This document shows, one piece after another, positions 25,476 through 37,900 of a DNA stretch of 64,000 bases. The stretch comes from Utricularia gibba (lineage: Eukaryota; Plantae; Magnoliophyta): NCBI GenBank assembly GCA_002189035.1, contig NEEC01000010.1, positions 124,001-188,000 on the forward strand, given 5' to 3'. The position numbers and the translations under genes were made by a program. The notes below the pieces were generated by a model. It ran no database searches. It was not told the DNA's origin and worked only from the letters and a program-made list of their open reading frames with translations. How positions within the stretch are numbered: position 1 is the stretch's first letter; each line of letters begins with the position of its first letter.

Positions 25476-27846
25476 ATGAATCGAGTAGATGAAGCATTGA
25501 TGATGGACCAAAAGATTGATGTCAAAGCAAGGGATGGAAAAAACGAGATCGAGCAAGCCTCTCATGATCATGGGAATGAAACTGAGTCTGAGATCATCAC
25601 TCTCACCTCTCAAATTTCTTCAAGTGATGCCCTGGGTTCCCACCATTCTTGGCCACAAAGTTATAGGTGAATAATACTTTTTTTTTTTCTTGTAGCCTTT
25701 TTAGTACGTCATGTTCATGACAGAGATCTCTTTTTCATGTTACTTTTGGATACTCTAGGCGATCCATGGATATGTATACGAGTTTGACAACACCCACAAT
25801 GAGTATCTTGAGGAGCAGTTCTTTCTTGTCTTCAGGAGATAAGAAATCACCTTCTAGAGCAAGCGGATCTGAGCATCTAATATCCTATTATAGCTTAGAC
25901 AACGAGCAAGTTCCGATCTCAACGATTCCTTGTGCATCGGATTGGAGAACTTCTCTTAATGATCTTCCACCACTAGAGATGTGTTCTTACACACAGTCAG
26001 TTCTTAATGGTAGTAATGCTCATTTATTTACCGCATTCATTTTTAAAAAAAAAAAAGAAATAGTGATCTATTGTTGTTGTTCATAGTAGTAAATAATCAG
26101 CCTTTCAATCGCAGCTGTAAATGTTTTGTGTGGGATAGGAATACTTTCAACCCCCTATGCTCTTAAAGAAGGAGGATGGCTCAGTCTCATGCTCCTATTT
26201 GCTTTTGGGGTCATCACTTGTTACACAGGGATCTTGCTTAAGAGATGCTTGGAAAGCTCAGTTGAGCTTCAAACATATCCTGATATAGGAAATGCTGCCT
26301 TCGGGGCTACTGGACGAATATGCATTGCAGTGAGTGGAATATGACTGCTTTTTTTATCAAATTAGCTAAAACTATTAGTGACTTGTATTTGCTTTGTGTG
26401 TTTGCAGGCAATCTTGTACTTAGAGCTATATGTGCGTACGCTTCAAGTTTCAAATCCTCTTTTTGTAATCTTGTCCTTTCCTCTAATCTAACAATCTACC
26501 ACATGTAGTCCTCTTGCGTGGAGTACTTAATCATGATGGCAGATGGATTATCTGGGTATGTACCAAATGTTGAGATCGGCATTGTTGGAGTACATCTCTC
26601 CTCCTATCAAATATGTGCCATCACTTCCACCATGCTTATTCTTCCAACTGTTTGGTTGAGAAATCTTAACCTGCTTTCCTACATATCAGGTCCCTATAGT
26701 GCTTTTGGTACAAGTGGCCTTATTAGAAACTAAATATTATTCTTGATTTTTGTAGTTGGTGGGGTGGTTACTTTGGTCGTTATAGTTTCTTGTTTGATAT
26801 ATGTGGGCGTGGCTTCAAACATCCGATATCATCCAAGTGGAAAAGCTTGGGATCTAACAAAGCTACCGATAGCAATTGGAATATATAGCTTTTGCTATGG
26901 AAGTCATTCAGTCTTCCCCAACATTTACTCCTCAATGAGAAATCCTTCACAATTTCCTTCAGTTCTTATCGTTAGGTAGGCTTTTTTTTTTCTTTAGCAT
27001 AATGTGGTATATCATTTCTAAGTTGTCAATATTGGACCCCTTGTTCAGTTTTGTAATTTCAAGTTTACTATATGCGGGGGTAGCCACATTGGGTTTTTCA
27101 ATGTTTGGCGATGCCACGGAGTCTCAGTTCACGATGAACATGCCAACAAACTTGTTCGCTTCCAATGTTGCGGGATGGTCCATGGTGAGTATGTCCTAAT
27201 GAATAGCTTTTTTCTTGAATTACATGTTTGAACTTTCTTTTTCAGGTTCTAGCTCCTGTGACCAAGTATGGCCTCTCAATGACTCCCGTAGCACTAGCCA
27301 TTGAAGAACTTTTTCCAGTAGCCCACATTCGTTCTCAAGGCGTTCCTATCATTGTAAGAACAATCCTAACGGTTTCGACACTTGTTGTGGCACTGACAAT
27401 CCCCTACTTTGGTAAATGCTGCTTTATAAAATTTATCAAGCCCTTTTACTGAAAGAGATGTTATATCCTAAGTTAAGAATGGTGCAGGATCGATGATGGC
27501 CTTGATTGGATCCTTCCTCGAAATGTTAGTGGTGAGCATGCATTGTTTTTCCTCTGGTACACTTAAATTTTCTCCAATAGTGAATAACTAGCACCTTGAT
27601 TCATACTTATAAACAGTGTGTTATACTGCCCTGTGCTTGTTACCTACGACTGCAACAAGGAAAAATAACGAAATTCACGGTAACATGCGTTTATCTCTCT
27701 CTATATTCCAAGTAAAGCTAGTAATCCAACACCAGGGTGGTGGGTGTTATTTTCAGATGTGTAGTTGTTATGTGATGATGATGGTGGGGATTTTCTGTGC
27801 CATCAGCGGAACTTATTCTGCAATCTCAAACATGAGGCAGCAGTAG
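25476..27846 (+). CDS. AVT1: AVT1-family (amino acid/auxin permease) vacuolar amino-acid transporter, multi-exon
   Basis: Exons with GT-AG boundaries encode WPQSYR|RSMDMY, NVLCGIGILSTPYALKEGGW, CYTGILLKRCL, TYPDIG, LPTVWLRNL, YSFCYGSHSVFPNIYSSM, KYGLSMTPVALAIEE and LPCACYL; stop TAG at 27844-27846. Confidence 0.92.
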
Positions 27847-28570
27847 AGTGATATGTGGTGATTGGACTAACTTCAGAAGAGCCATGGGACTGAGCACAAA
27901 TGCAATCTCAATGTCGTCATGTCCTGTTTGATAATGATTAGAAGAAGCAGTCGTTAAATGAAACAAACTTGCAAGGCTCTGGACTGGGATCAAAATTAGT
28001 GTTTCAAAATCAACCAACATGGATTATAGAGCGCCTACCTAAATATTTGTGCATTTCTCCTACCTGCATTTTTTTTTAAAAGTAGTTGAGCGTTTCACTT
28101 TTTTTTTTGAAGCATGGTATTTGATGCTAACAAGAAATGTCCAAAATAATTAACGATCTTCATCATACACTTGGGAGGATTTAAGCTTATGAGAAAAAAG
28201 TCATTTAATTCACATTTGTGTGTCTGTTGACTGATTGCCTACTCTGATTGAGAAGAAAAATGATTTCTCCTCATATAATTATTAATAGAAAATAGTGTGA
28301 AATACTCATCCCTCATTTTGTAGCTCCATGATTTTTATGTGAGTGCTCCTCCCAACATCTTATCGTAGGCTCGTGTTGTGTTCACTTGTTAATTGACAAT
28401 TTCTGAACAACTATTGATTCTATTTTTTTTAAAAAAATTATTAATATTTTAAAAACCATGTTTTGGCGTGTATGTTTTTAACCGTGTTCTTCCTGAAGAA
28501 AGGTAGGTTCTTTCTGTAATTAAAAAAGCATATTTGAAAAGGCTACAGTCGTGTTGGTGGATAATGTTGC

Positions 28571-28585
28571 CCCGGGCCCGGCCCA
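28571..28585. promoter_or_regulatory. GC-rich element containing a site II (GGCCCA/TGGGCC) motif upstream of RNR1
   Basis: CCCGGGCCCGGCCCA lies ~160 bp upstream of the ATG; site II motifs are common in promoters of nuclear genes for organellar proteins. Confidence 0.4.
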
Positions 28586-28742
28586 TTTGGAGTAGGTTGG
28601 CGTTGCTGGGATGAATGGATGGATGGTCAATCGTTGCACAAATATCTCCCCCTCCGCGCATTTTCCCCTTGTTTCTTGTTTTTGATATATCGGATCAATT
28701 TTCATGCCTTGAGATTCCTGGAACGTAGCTCCAAGGAATTGA

Positions 28743-31700
28743 ATGGCTGTTCGTGCTGCCAATGCCGCTCCATTCGTTCGGTGCTGCGGGGCGCTACCGC
28801 CGGTTACTACAGTCACATGTTTTATGAGCCGCCACCATTCTCTTCATTTCCAAAGTTCCTCTTTTTTACCGGCTTGCTGGCGTCTTCACCTGCGGCGCGT
28901 CTCCTTTGGGATGCCAAGTCTCTTCACCATGTTCGTCAAGGAGCTTGATTTACTGCGTAACCGGTCTCAGGTTCGCGCTTCGTACAGGTATGAAGTCGTT
29001 GTAATAATGCTTGTTCCTTGGGTATTGCAATTTTTTTTTTATATTTCTGTTCATTAGAAACATGAGGGGTTTTCCGGATTCCGAGTTTTCACCATGTGTG
29101 TGCGGGGCCAGTATTGGCTTCCATTATCGAACGGCAACATTCAGAAGTTCCTGATTCCCTTGTATATTGGAACTGCAGCAGCTTTCATTTTGAATGAGGT
29201 TTCAGCTGCCGCAGTATTGATTTAAACTTCGGTTTTATACTACGATGGAAAATATAGGGATCTAGACATGATTTGGATGTTTGTCGACTAGAAACTTTTT
29301 CAAATCATCAATTCTAAATGCCGCATGTCGTGTCATTGCATTTTCACACAACCTGCGTTGGGTTTTGTAGACTGGAACTAAAAAGCAATGAAGAGTTTCT
29401 TGAGAATAAGCTGGGCAAACAAGCACTCCGGAAAGGTTTGCTACTGGAGTTCAGGAAAGATGCGGATAGGTTACTACTAGCTGTAGTACAGAAACCAGAC
29501 GGGAAAAAAAACTGGATGGTCTCTGATCAGGTTAAGATCGAATAGTTTATTGGCTCCCATATGATTTAATCTCAACAGGAATTTTATCAACTTCAAATCC
29601 CTAGTTTAGGCTCACCTTGTTTTGCCGTTTTTGCTGCTCTTAACTTACAATTTCAAAGTCTTTTGTTTCGTAATTTTTCTTTGACTTTGTAGAATGGTTT
29701 CATGACATCTATTAAGCCTCAACAAGTTACTTTCATAGTTCCTGGTATCAAGGACTTTGACTACACAGAGATATCGCTGTTTGTTCAAAAAGCTCAAAAA
29801 AATTTGGTGAGGGTAATTAATTTTCTAAGTGTAGAAATTGTATTATGAGTTATTGTGTCTTAAAGCATATTTTTTTTCTGTTAGGATCCTGCATTGCTAG
29901 AGTTTGCATGGATAGAACTACTCGAAAAAAATAGGTCTACAACAGTGGAGGAGCTCGCCGAGGTATTTCTTTTCTTTGGTCACTTGCTTTTGGAATGCTT
30001 TTTTATAACCCTTAATCAACCCACCAGATAATATACGGTACCTCAGAACCACTTGACAGCTATTCGGCTCATTTATTGCTTTCAAGGGATGATATATATT
30101 TTACAAAACTTGAGGCCAAAGGCTCATATTCTATTTATGGGCCCAGACCGGCAGTTCAGGTTTGGTATTCTTCAAGCTTCTGTTGTTACTATATGGTGGT
30201 ATACTTGTTAGGCGGCTTATTGTTTCCATTCACATGATATGATGCGATATCATGGAGTAGAATGATGTGTAGAATTATACTTTAGGTTGAAGAACTGAGG
30301 CGAAGGAAAATTATCAGGGAGAGAACAGAAAAGGAACTTGAAGAGTTCATTAATTTACTGAAGTCTGCCAGGGATATGCCAAGAAATGAAAAGCCCCCAA
30401 AATCAGCTTGGATGCACCAGGATAGTATCCGAATAAAGATTGAAACTATTCAAGCGTTTGCAATTGAAAATTGCTGGCATGAAGATGAAAAGAGAACTGT
30501 TGGGATGGTAACTTGCCTGGGATTTGTATATTTTGTATCATGTTTTTGTATCATGTTTTTATACTTCTCTGTTATATATCGTGCGTCGGAATTTTGATTA
30601 TAGTTTAGTTACTCAGGTTAATTGGAGGGTTACATTTTCTATTGCTGGGGATATTTCTTTGCATTACACCTTTTTAGAAGCCTGGCACACAGATGCAATA
30701 TGTTCTATGTTGGTATAAATAAGTGACTACGTTACATAACCAGATTCTAAATGCTCTGGGACTGGCCAGAACGCCTTCAGCAGCTGCCAAGCTGCTCATA
30801 GATGTTGGATATTTTCCTGTTCATGTAAATCTTGATTTGCTGAAGCTGCATACTGATCATTCAGAAGAGATTCATGCAGCTGCTGAGGTTCTTTTGTCTG
30901 ATGTAGCTGATATTGATGAGGTACGCTTATTCATTTCTAAATTATGGAAACTGAAACTCTCAAAAAAAATGTTGCTCCTTGGGTTTCCAACTGTAAGACT
31001 GACTTTTCTATGTCGTGTGTATCTCTCTAATTTACATTCTAGGGTTTAATGTGAAATTATCATCATTTTTGTTCTGGTGCATTAGTGGATCATGTAGCTG
31101 GGCAGTCCTTTTTTAACTAATGAAGCAATGTGGAAAAGCATTATGAGAATTTACATGCTACATACAGCCTTTTTTACTGGGATGTTCATGCATTCTTCCA
31201 GGTTGATCGAGTAGACCTCACTCACATGAAGGTTTATGCCATTGATGTTGATGAAGCTGATGAGGTACACTTTTGGTAATTGGATCGAGTTTTCTTTGAT
31301 ATGGCTTGAGATTCCTCCAGAAGCTGAATTTCTGAGAAATGGGCAGCTTGATGATGCACTGAGTGCTAGCCGGCTTCAGGATGGCCGCATCAAGGTGTGG
31401 ATCCATGTTGCAGATCCCACTAGATTTCTTCAACCAGGAAGCATTATAGACAGGTAAATCATGATTATATATTTACCAATTTTGTTTCATGAACTTGGTT
31501 AATATTATTATTTATCCAGAGAAGCAAGGAAAAGAGGAACTTCTGTATTTCTGCCAACAGCAACCTACCCAATGTTTCCTGAGAAATTGGCCATGAATTT
31601 CATGAGCCTGAAACAAGGGGAGCTTTGCGAATCTGTCACAGTTTCCGTTGTACTGCATCCTGATGGCAGGTGTGCACGAAAGCTAGACTAGGAATAAAAG

Positions 31701-33365
31701 AGTCTTCCTCTTTTGCATGGTTCTCCTCTAGTATTCTTAATGCATTGTTTTCCCTTAGCATTTCAGAATACATGGTGGAAAATTCTGTGATTAAACCAAC
31801 CTATATGTTGACTTACGAGAGTGCCACAGAACTCCTTCATCTGAACCTGGAAGAGGAACCTGAACTGAGGCTTCTCTCTGAGGCTGCCACACTAAGATTC
31901 CAGTGGCGGAAAAGCCAGGTAAGGACTTCCATAACAATCTTATCAAAAAAAGTGCAGCAAAAAAATAATAACAATCTTTTTCTTTATTTTTTGGCATAAT
32001 AAGTGCAGGGTGCGATTGACACATCTACAATAGACACAAGAATTAAAGTGACTAATCCAGATGATCTGGAACCATCAATCAAACTTTATGTCGAAAATCA
32101 GGCTGAGCCTGCAATGAGACTTGTGTCTGAGATGATGATTCTTTGTGGAGAAGTCATTGCCACTCTTGGTTCCTTAAATAAGATTCCTTTGCCATACCGG
32201 GGTCAGCCCCAGTCAAATATTGATTCATCTGCTTTTTTACATCTTCCTGAAGGCCCTGTCAGGAGTTCAGCTATTGTTAAAATCCTGCGTGCTGCTGAAA
32301 TGGACTTTAGAAAGCCCATACGTCATGGAGTTCTGGGGCTTCCTGGATATGTCCAATTTACTTCTCCCATACGTAGATATATGGATCTTGTAGCTCACTA
32401 TCAGGTCATTGTCTGTCTTTTACATTATATGCAGATGCACTTCAATTGTTGTAATCCACTCTCTGGACAACACTGGTGGATAAAAAGTGAAGATGATGGA
32501 AGAAAGAGTATATGTAGGATGAAAAAAATATGAATGACCTTATCTGCCACTGAATTATCTCTAGAATAAGAGCCCATGGAGCAATTTTCTTTAATTATGT
32601 GCAGTATTAACTTCCATCATCGACTGAAACCTTCATGTGAAAATTTCTCCATATTTTCTGACCCAATAAAGTTGATAACGAGATGCAGGTAAAAGCTTTT
32701 CTTAGGGGAGATGCGCTGCCTTTCTCTGCAGGGGAGATTGAAGGGATAGCATCCATAGTTAGCATGAATACTAAGTTGGTAAAGAGGATCAGCTCAAGCA
32801 GTCTCAGGTACTGGATCATAGAATATTTGAGACGACAGCCAGAAGGGAAAACATTTTCTGCACTGGTCCTACGTTTCATCAAGGATAGAGTTGCAGCAGT
32901 ACTTCTGATGGAGGTAATGGATATTGAAATACGTGGTAATGAATTTATTAGGTAGTCGAAAGTTGTAAGTTCAGAAACTTGGTGGTGATTTGATTTGCAA
33001 TTGCAAGGGGACTCGTTATCTGCAACCACGCCTTCCAATGGTTGATTATACATGCGGAAGTAATGTAGAAAATTGAATTGGTTTTTACCTGGAGGGAGTT
33101 AATAAGGGAAGTAAAATATGTGAGGGAAGCAATGTTTCATTTCTTTATTGTCTCGCTAATTAGTTTCTCTTGGTAAGTGAAATAAGCTATGGTTCTTTGC
33201 CCTAGATGTAGCTGCGAACTTCTGTCTTGATTGTGTTTGCAGGTTGGACTTCAAGCGTCTACGTGGGTGTCTGTTGGTGTACAGGTTGGTGATGAAGTAA
33301 AGGTGATGGTGGAGGACGCACAGCCACGAGATGATATTATCACCGTTAAGGAGGTTATAGTGTAG
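28743..33365 (+). CDS. RNR1: Ribonuclease II/R (RNB family), chloroplast/mitochondrial, multi-exon
   Basis: Transit-peptide-like N-terminus; KGLLLEFRKD, GYFPVHVNLDLL, catalytic IDVDEADE|LDDALS, ATYPMFPEKLA, LPYRGQPQ, YVQFTSPIRRYMDL and AQPRDDII motifs; stop TAG at 33363-33365. Confidence 0.95.
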
Positions 33366-33818
33366 GAATTTGAGGGGCCTTTCTTCTGGGAAAAATTGTT
33401 GATAGTGAAAGTTGTTGGGTGGTGAGCATACGGCTGGATTTCCATGGGAAATGATACATGAAGTTCGTTGGAGAGGCTGCGCATGACTTGTACACAGCCA
33501 GATTTTCCAAGGGAAGAACGACAATTCCTGGGAAGCGAGCCCTCAAGGGCTTTGGGATGCTGGCTGCCGAGTTATGATGTGAAACTCTGCGATCCAGGTT
33601 GGTCGGGTGACTCTTCCTCCCTATGCATCAGTTCGTGTGTGTGTATGCTGTAAAATATACGTTTCAAGATAGCAACATCAATGTATTGAAAAATGAGGAG
33701 GATCTTTTTGATGAAACAACATTTATTCCGTTGGTGATGATGTAATGTAGATAGAGACAATGAATCTTCCCATGCTTCAAAGCCATAAACATCTTCATAA
33801 GTTGTCTCAAGGGTACAA

Positions 33819-34085
33819 GGGTTCGTTTGGTAACCGGTGTTTGGTAAGAGGTGTAAGATGGTGTTATGTTAAATAAGAAATTTTAATTACCTATTTGATA
33901 TATAATTGTATATTAGGTCATGAACTGTATATTTCACTAAATTTTTTAATCCTATGATAATAAAAAAATAATATTACTCCTTTATTTTATAAAAAATATT
34001 TTTTCTCTTCATTAATTATCTTTGTTTCCTCTCTTTTTGTTAACAAATTAGTGTTACTTCTTTTGTTGGTCTCACGATTTTTTGA
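33819..34085 (+). mobile_element. Degenerate left terminus of the same PIF/Harbinger family
   Basis: GGGTTCGTTTGGTAA (TIR variant) followed by ~260 bp collinear with 6161-6470; no matching right TIR found. Confidence 0.7.
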
Positions 34086-35699
34086 TGTATTTGAGAAATT
34101 TGTGAACTCATGACACAAAATTGAGACAACAAAAGGAGATTATTCCTATATGATATTCAAAATGGTTGAAGTTGGCAAAACAGTACACAAATTTGGTGAT
34201 ATTCACTCTTTAGGGGTCATTTGCATCGAGTTCATATTTTTTAATTTAAACTCATATTACGTATTATTGATCGTTTGAAACATTTTGGGATTGAGTATTT
34301 ATTCATTCTATATTTTATTGATTATATTATGTAATCACTCGATGGTTTGGATTTTTTGGATCAAATTGTTTGTTTATTTTTTATTTTAAACTCTTGTTAC
34401 ACATCATTTTATTGTTTCAAATAATTTGGATGAAGTGTTTTATTTGTTCTTCATTTTGAATTTGTATTACACGTTGTCATTTGATCTTTAACCATTAATG
34501 GGATCAAGTATATATTAAATATTTATTTTGAATATGTGATACATGTCATTCAAAGTTAATTAATGTGAGCAAGGTTAATAGTCGATTGAAATATATAATA
34601 TGTATTGTGTGCATTACACCATTGTTTTGAATGTAATTTTATGTGGAAAGATCAAATAAAAAACGTTATAGAAATTACCTCTTCTTCAAACATGATGTGA
34701 TGACATTAATGATTTTTTTTTCTAGTGAATTATGCTTTTTGTTTCATATCTATTTGTTTTTTGTTTTATATCTTGAGCAAATGTAGTGAAAGATTGTGTC
34801 ATGTGACTCCAATATTCATCATCATAAGATAAATGCTTGAATATGTAGTTAGAGTGTGTAAAGAAGTCCAAAGATTGTAGATTAATATTTCATCTTGAAT
34901 GTGATACTTCTATAAAGTCATGATCCATTATTTTAAAAACTTGGGCATAGAAGTTATGTCGATTATGAATAGATATTGATGGAACATTCAAATCGATTGG
35001 AATTGATTCTTGATTTTGATTCTATCGTCTCCTCCTACCAATCCGATGAAAATCTATAGAGCTTTTGTATCTTGTTGAGTGAATTCAGTTCTTTTGAACC
35101 CGTCTTCTTATAGGATCTATTCGAGCTTGAATGGTGCTGGATCCCAATCTTTCTCATTTTATACTGGTTTTATGCTACTATTGTAAGTATTCACCAAAAC
35201 TATATTTGATAGTTATGAAAGGTTTAATCCTTTGGATTGATACGAAAAGAGTGATATTCCTACACATGAATAATGTGTTATATGTTCTAGATATAGAACA
35301 TTGTATGACATTATATTTTTTGATTTATCTTTTATACATGACATGGATATAGGTCTATTTATCAAATTTGACAATCAGATATTCCATCCCTAACTTTCAC
35401 CATTTGTGTCTCAGATGAATTTGTAGTCTCCTACTAGCATCTGAGTTGAAGAAATAATATGCATGCCTCATCATATAGTCTATTCACATTCTCTTCAAAA
35501 GGGATTTCTTTTCTCTTTCAAGCCATTGCTGTTGCTTTTTATCTTTTAAAATATTCTTTTCCTTTTTCAATGATGAGTAGTTATTGTTGGGTAAGGTTAT
35601 ATTGGTAAACTCATATGAAAAATTAATCACAAATCCAATTTTATACCCACATACCAAACATGTATTCATCTTAAACCCAAATAATTTAAACCCATCAAT

Positions 35700-36532
35700 T
35701 GATAAACGAAATTTTCCTAATATCATTGCAAAAATAGAAATTTTGTTATCAAATAAATTTATAAACCTTAATCTACACAAAATACAAATTTTGAAAACTT
35801 GTATAGTGGATTTCGAAGTAGATCATAAGGAGCTTGTACTCGCTAAGTGTTTTAGTAAACGCATAATTCTGAATAACAGTAAGTTTTAGTCTAAGCTCGG
35901 ACTAGCAGTGGCAAGTAAGTTTAGTAAACAAAATCAAGTTTAAATGCAAAAAGTAACAAGTACTGGTTCTAACTCAGAAAAATACATAGATGCCTTAAGG
36001 GTTTGTGGGTGGTATGGTGCTAAAATGTCTAATTTAAATTATTATGTTCCTACACTCACAACTTCAAATAACTTAAGTCTACTCAGATCATTCATAATAT
36101 TTTCGGCTAAGCTAATCCCCAATGTCATCACCAACATTGCTATTAAGTCTACCCGCATGCAAAGTATATAGAATTAGATCTACTGGTTCTACCCCGGACT
36201 AACACCTACTATTTCCGTCTAGATTTGTTGGTCTACCTCTAAATCAAGCATCTTAGTTGTGAACCTACTTTTTCCCTTCCTTAGGTCTACCCATGGATTG
36301 ATAGAAACAAGAGCTAAGAAACAATGATGAATTTTTATTAAGAATTCTAGATCTACACCACCATGCTTTACCTTAAGACATCCTTAGGGTTCTAGCTACT
36401 CATACTTTCAAGGTGAAACATGATAACATTAGCATAAAGCAACGAAAATGTCAAGAACATTGTGAAAGAGTTGGTTGCAGAAACTGAAAACATCAATAAA
36501 CGAAAATAAAGCAATAAGAGTTCTGGTTTCCA
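35700..36532 (-). mobile_element. Inverted Athila B-family LTR segment (left arm of a 2-kb palindrome)
   Basis: Reverse complement of 36661-37754 once the MITE is removed; begins TGATAAACGAAA, the reverse complement of the LTR end TTTCGTTTATCA. Confidence 0.88.
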
Positions 36533-36844
36533 ACTTCACCAACAACAACACCTCCAACACGAAGAACACCGACTAAAAGAGGAGAAGAAGAACTTCATCC
36601 TCAAGAACGAAATCAGAACCAATTCAGCGCTACTATTCCGGTCCAGGAACAGTAGCACACGGAAACCAGACTTCTTATTGCTTTGCTTTAGTTTGTTAAT
36701 GTTTTTAGTTTCTACACCCATCTTTTGCATAACATTTTCGTTGTTTTATGTTAATGTCATTACTTTTTACCTTCCAAATATGAGTAGCTAAAGCTATAGG
36801 AGTGCTTTAAGGTGAAGCATGGTGGTGTGGATCTAAGAGTCTTA

Positions 36845-37091
36845 GTGTATCTTCTGCACAACTTTTTGTCAAATAAATTCTACTTCTTTTTTAAAAAAAG
36901 TAGAAGTAACCTTGATTGTAGAACAATAATTCATTCTACTTCTCTTTTTTCTTTGAAATCTCATTCTACTACTATCTTTTTCTTTGAGAAATGAGAAGTA
37001 ACATTTGAGCTACTTCTCATTCTCCTTTTTAATTAATTCTCATTTTAGAAAAAAGTAGAATGTATTATAAAAAGTTATACAGAACAAGCCC
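36845..37091. mobile_element. Tourist-like MITE (247 bp) in the Athila B 5' LTR
   Basis: TTA TSD (36842-36844, 37092-37094); imperfect long inverted termini; absent from the inverted paralogous arm, which reads TCTTA|ATAAAA. Confidence 0.85.
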
Positions 37092-37757
37092 TTAATAAAA
37101 TTCACCATTGTTTCTTATATCTTGTTTCTATCAAGCCATGGATAGACCTAAGGAGGGGAACAAATAGCTTCGCAACTTAGATATTTTATTTAGAGATAGA
37201 CCAACAAATCAAGACGTGAGTAGTAGGTGTTAGTCCGAGGTAGAACCAGTAAAATCGGATAGACCTAGTTCTATATGCTTTGCATACAAGTAGACCTAAT
37301 TGCAATGTTGGTGATGATGTGACACTAACTTAGTCGAAAATATGATAAATGACCTGAGTAGACTTAGGTTATTTGAAGTTGTAAGTGTAGGAACATGGTA
37401 GATTAAATTAGGGATTTTGGCACCATACCATCTACAGACCCTTAAGGCACCTTAGTATTATTTTGAGTTAGAACCAGTACCTGTTACCTTAGCGTTAAGA
37501 CCTGATATTGTTTACTGACTTTGTTTATCAAACTTGTTTACCACTATTGGTCCGAGCTTAGACTAAGACTTACCGTTACTTTGAATTCTGCATCTGCTGA
37601 AATACATGACAAGCACAAGCTCTTTGTGATCGACCTCGAATTCCACTGAACACTTTGTGATTAATTTGTATTTTGTGAGGATTAGGGTTTATAAATGTAT
37701 TTGATATAGAAGTTTGCTTTTATTGCAACGATATGCTAAAATTTTCGTTTATCAAAT

Positions 37758-37775
37758 TGGTGCCGTTGTCGGGGA
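37758..37775 (+). promoter_or_regulatory. Primer-binding site (tRNA-Asp type) of Athila element B
   Basis: TGGTGCCGTTGTCGGGGA, 3 nt after the LTR end; 2 mismatches to canonical. Confidence 0.9.
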
Positions 37776-37900
37776 GCGGTATTTAATTCCACTGTACACT
37801 TCCTTCCAGAAATTGAGAGAGCTAGTAGCAAGAATAGGGAAGAGTTAGGGAAGCGAGCAGATTGAGGCAGCTCCCACTCGAGACTAATAGCAATTTTAGA

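Noticed and set aside
31262-31348. Stop-free RNR1 intron as a retained coding segment
   Set aside because: Read-through is in frame only with the downstream exon, not the upstream one, and normal splicing restores the IDVDEADE|LDDALS motif.
35484-36171. ORFs overlapping the left palindrome arm
   Set aside because: AT-rich chance ORFs in LTR sequence, with no motifs.
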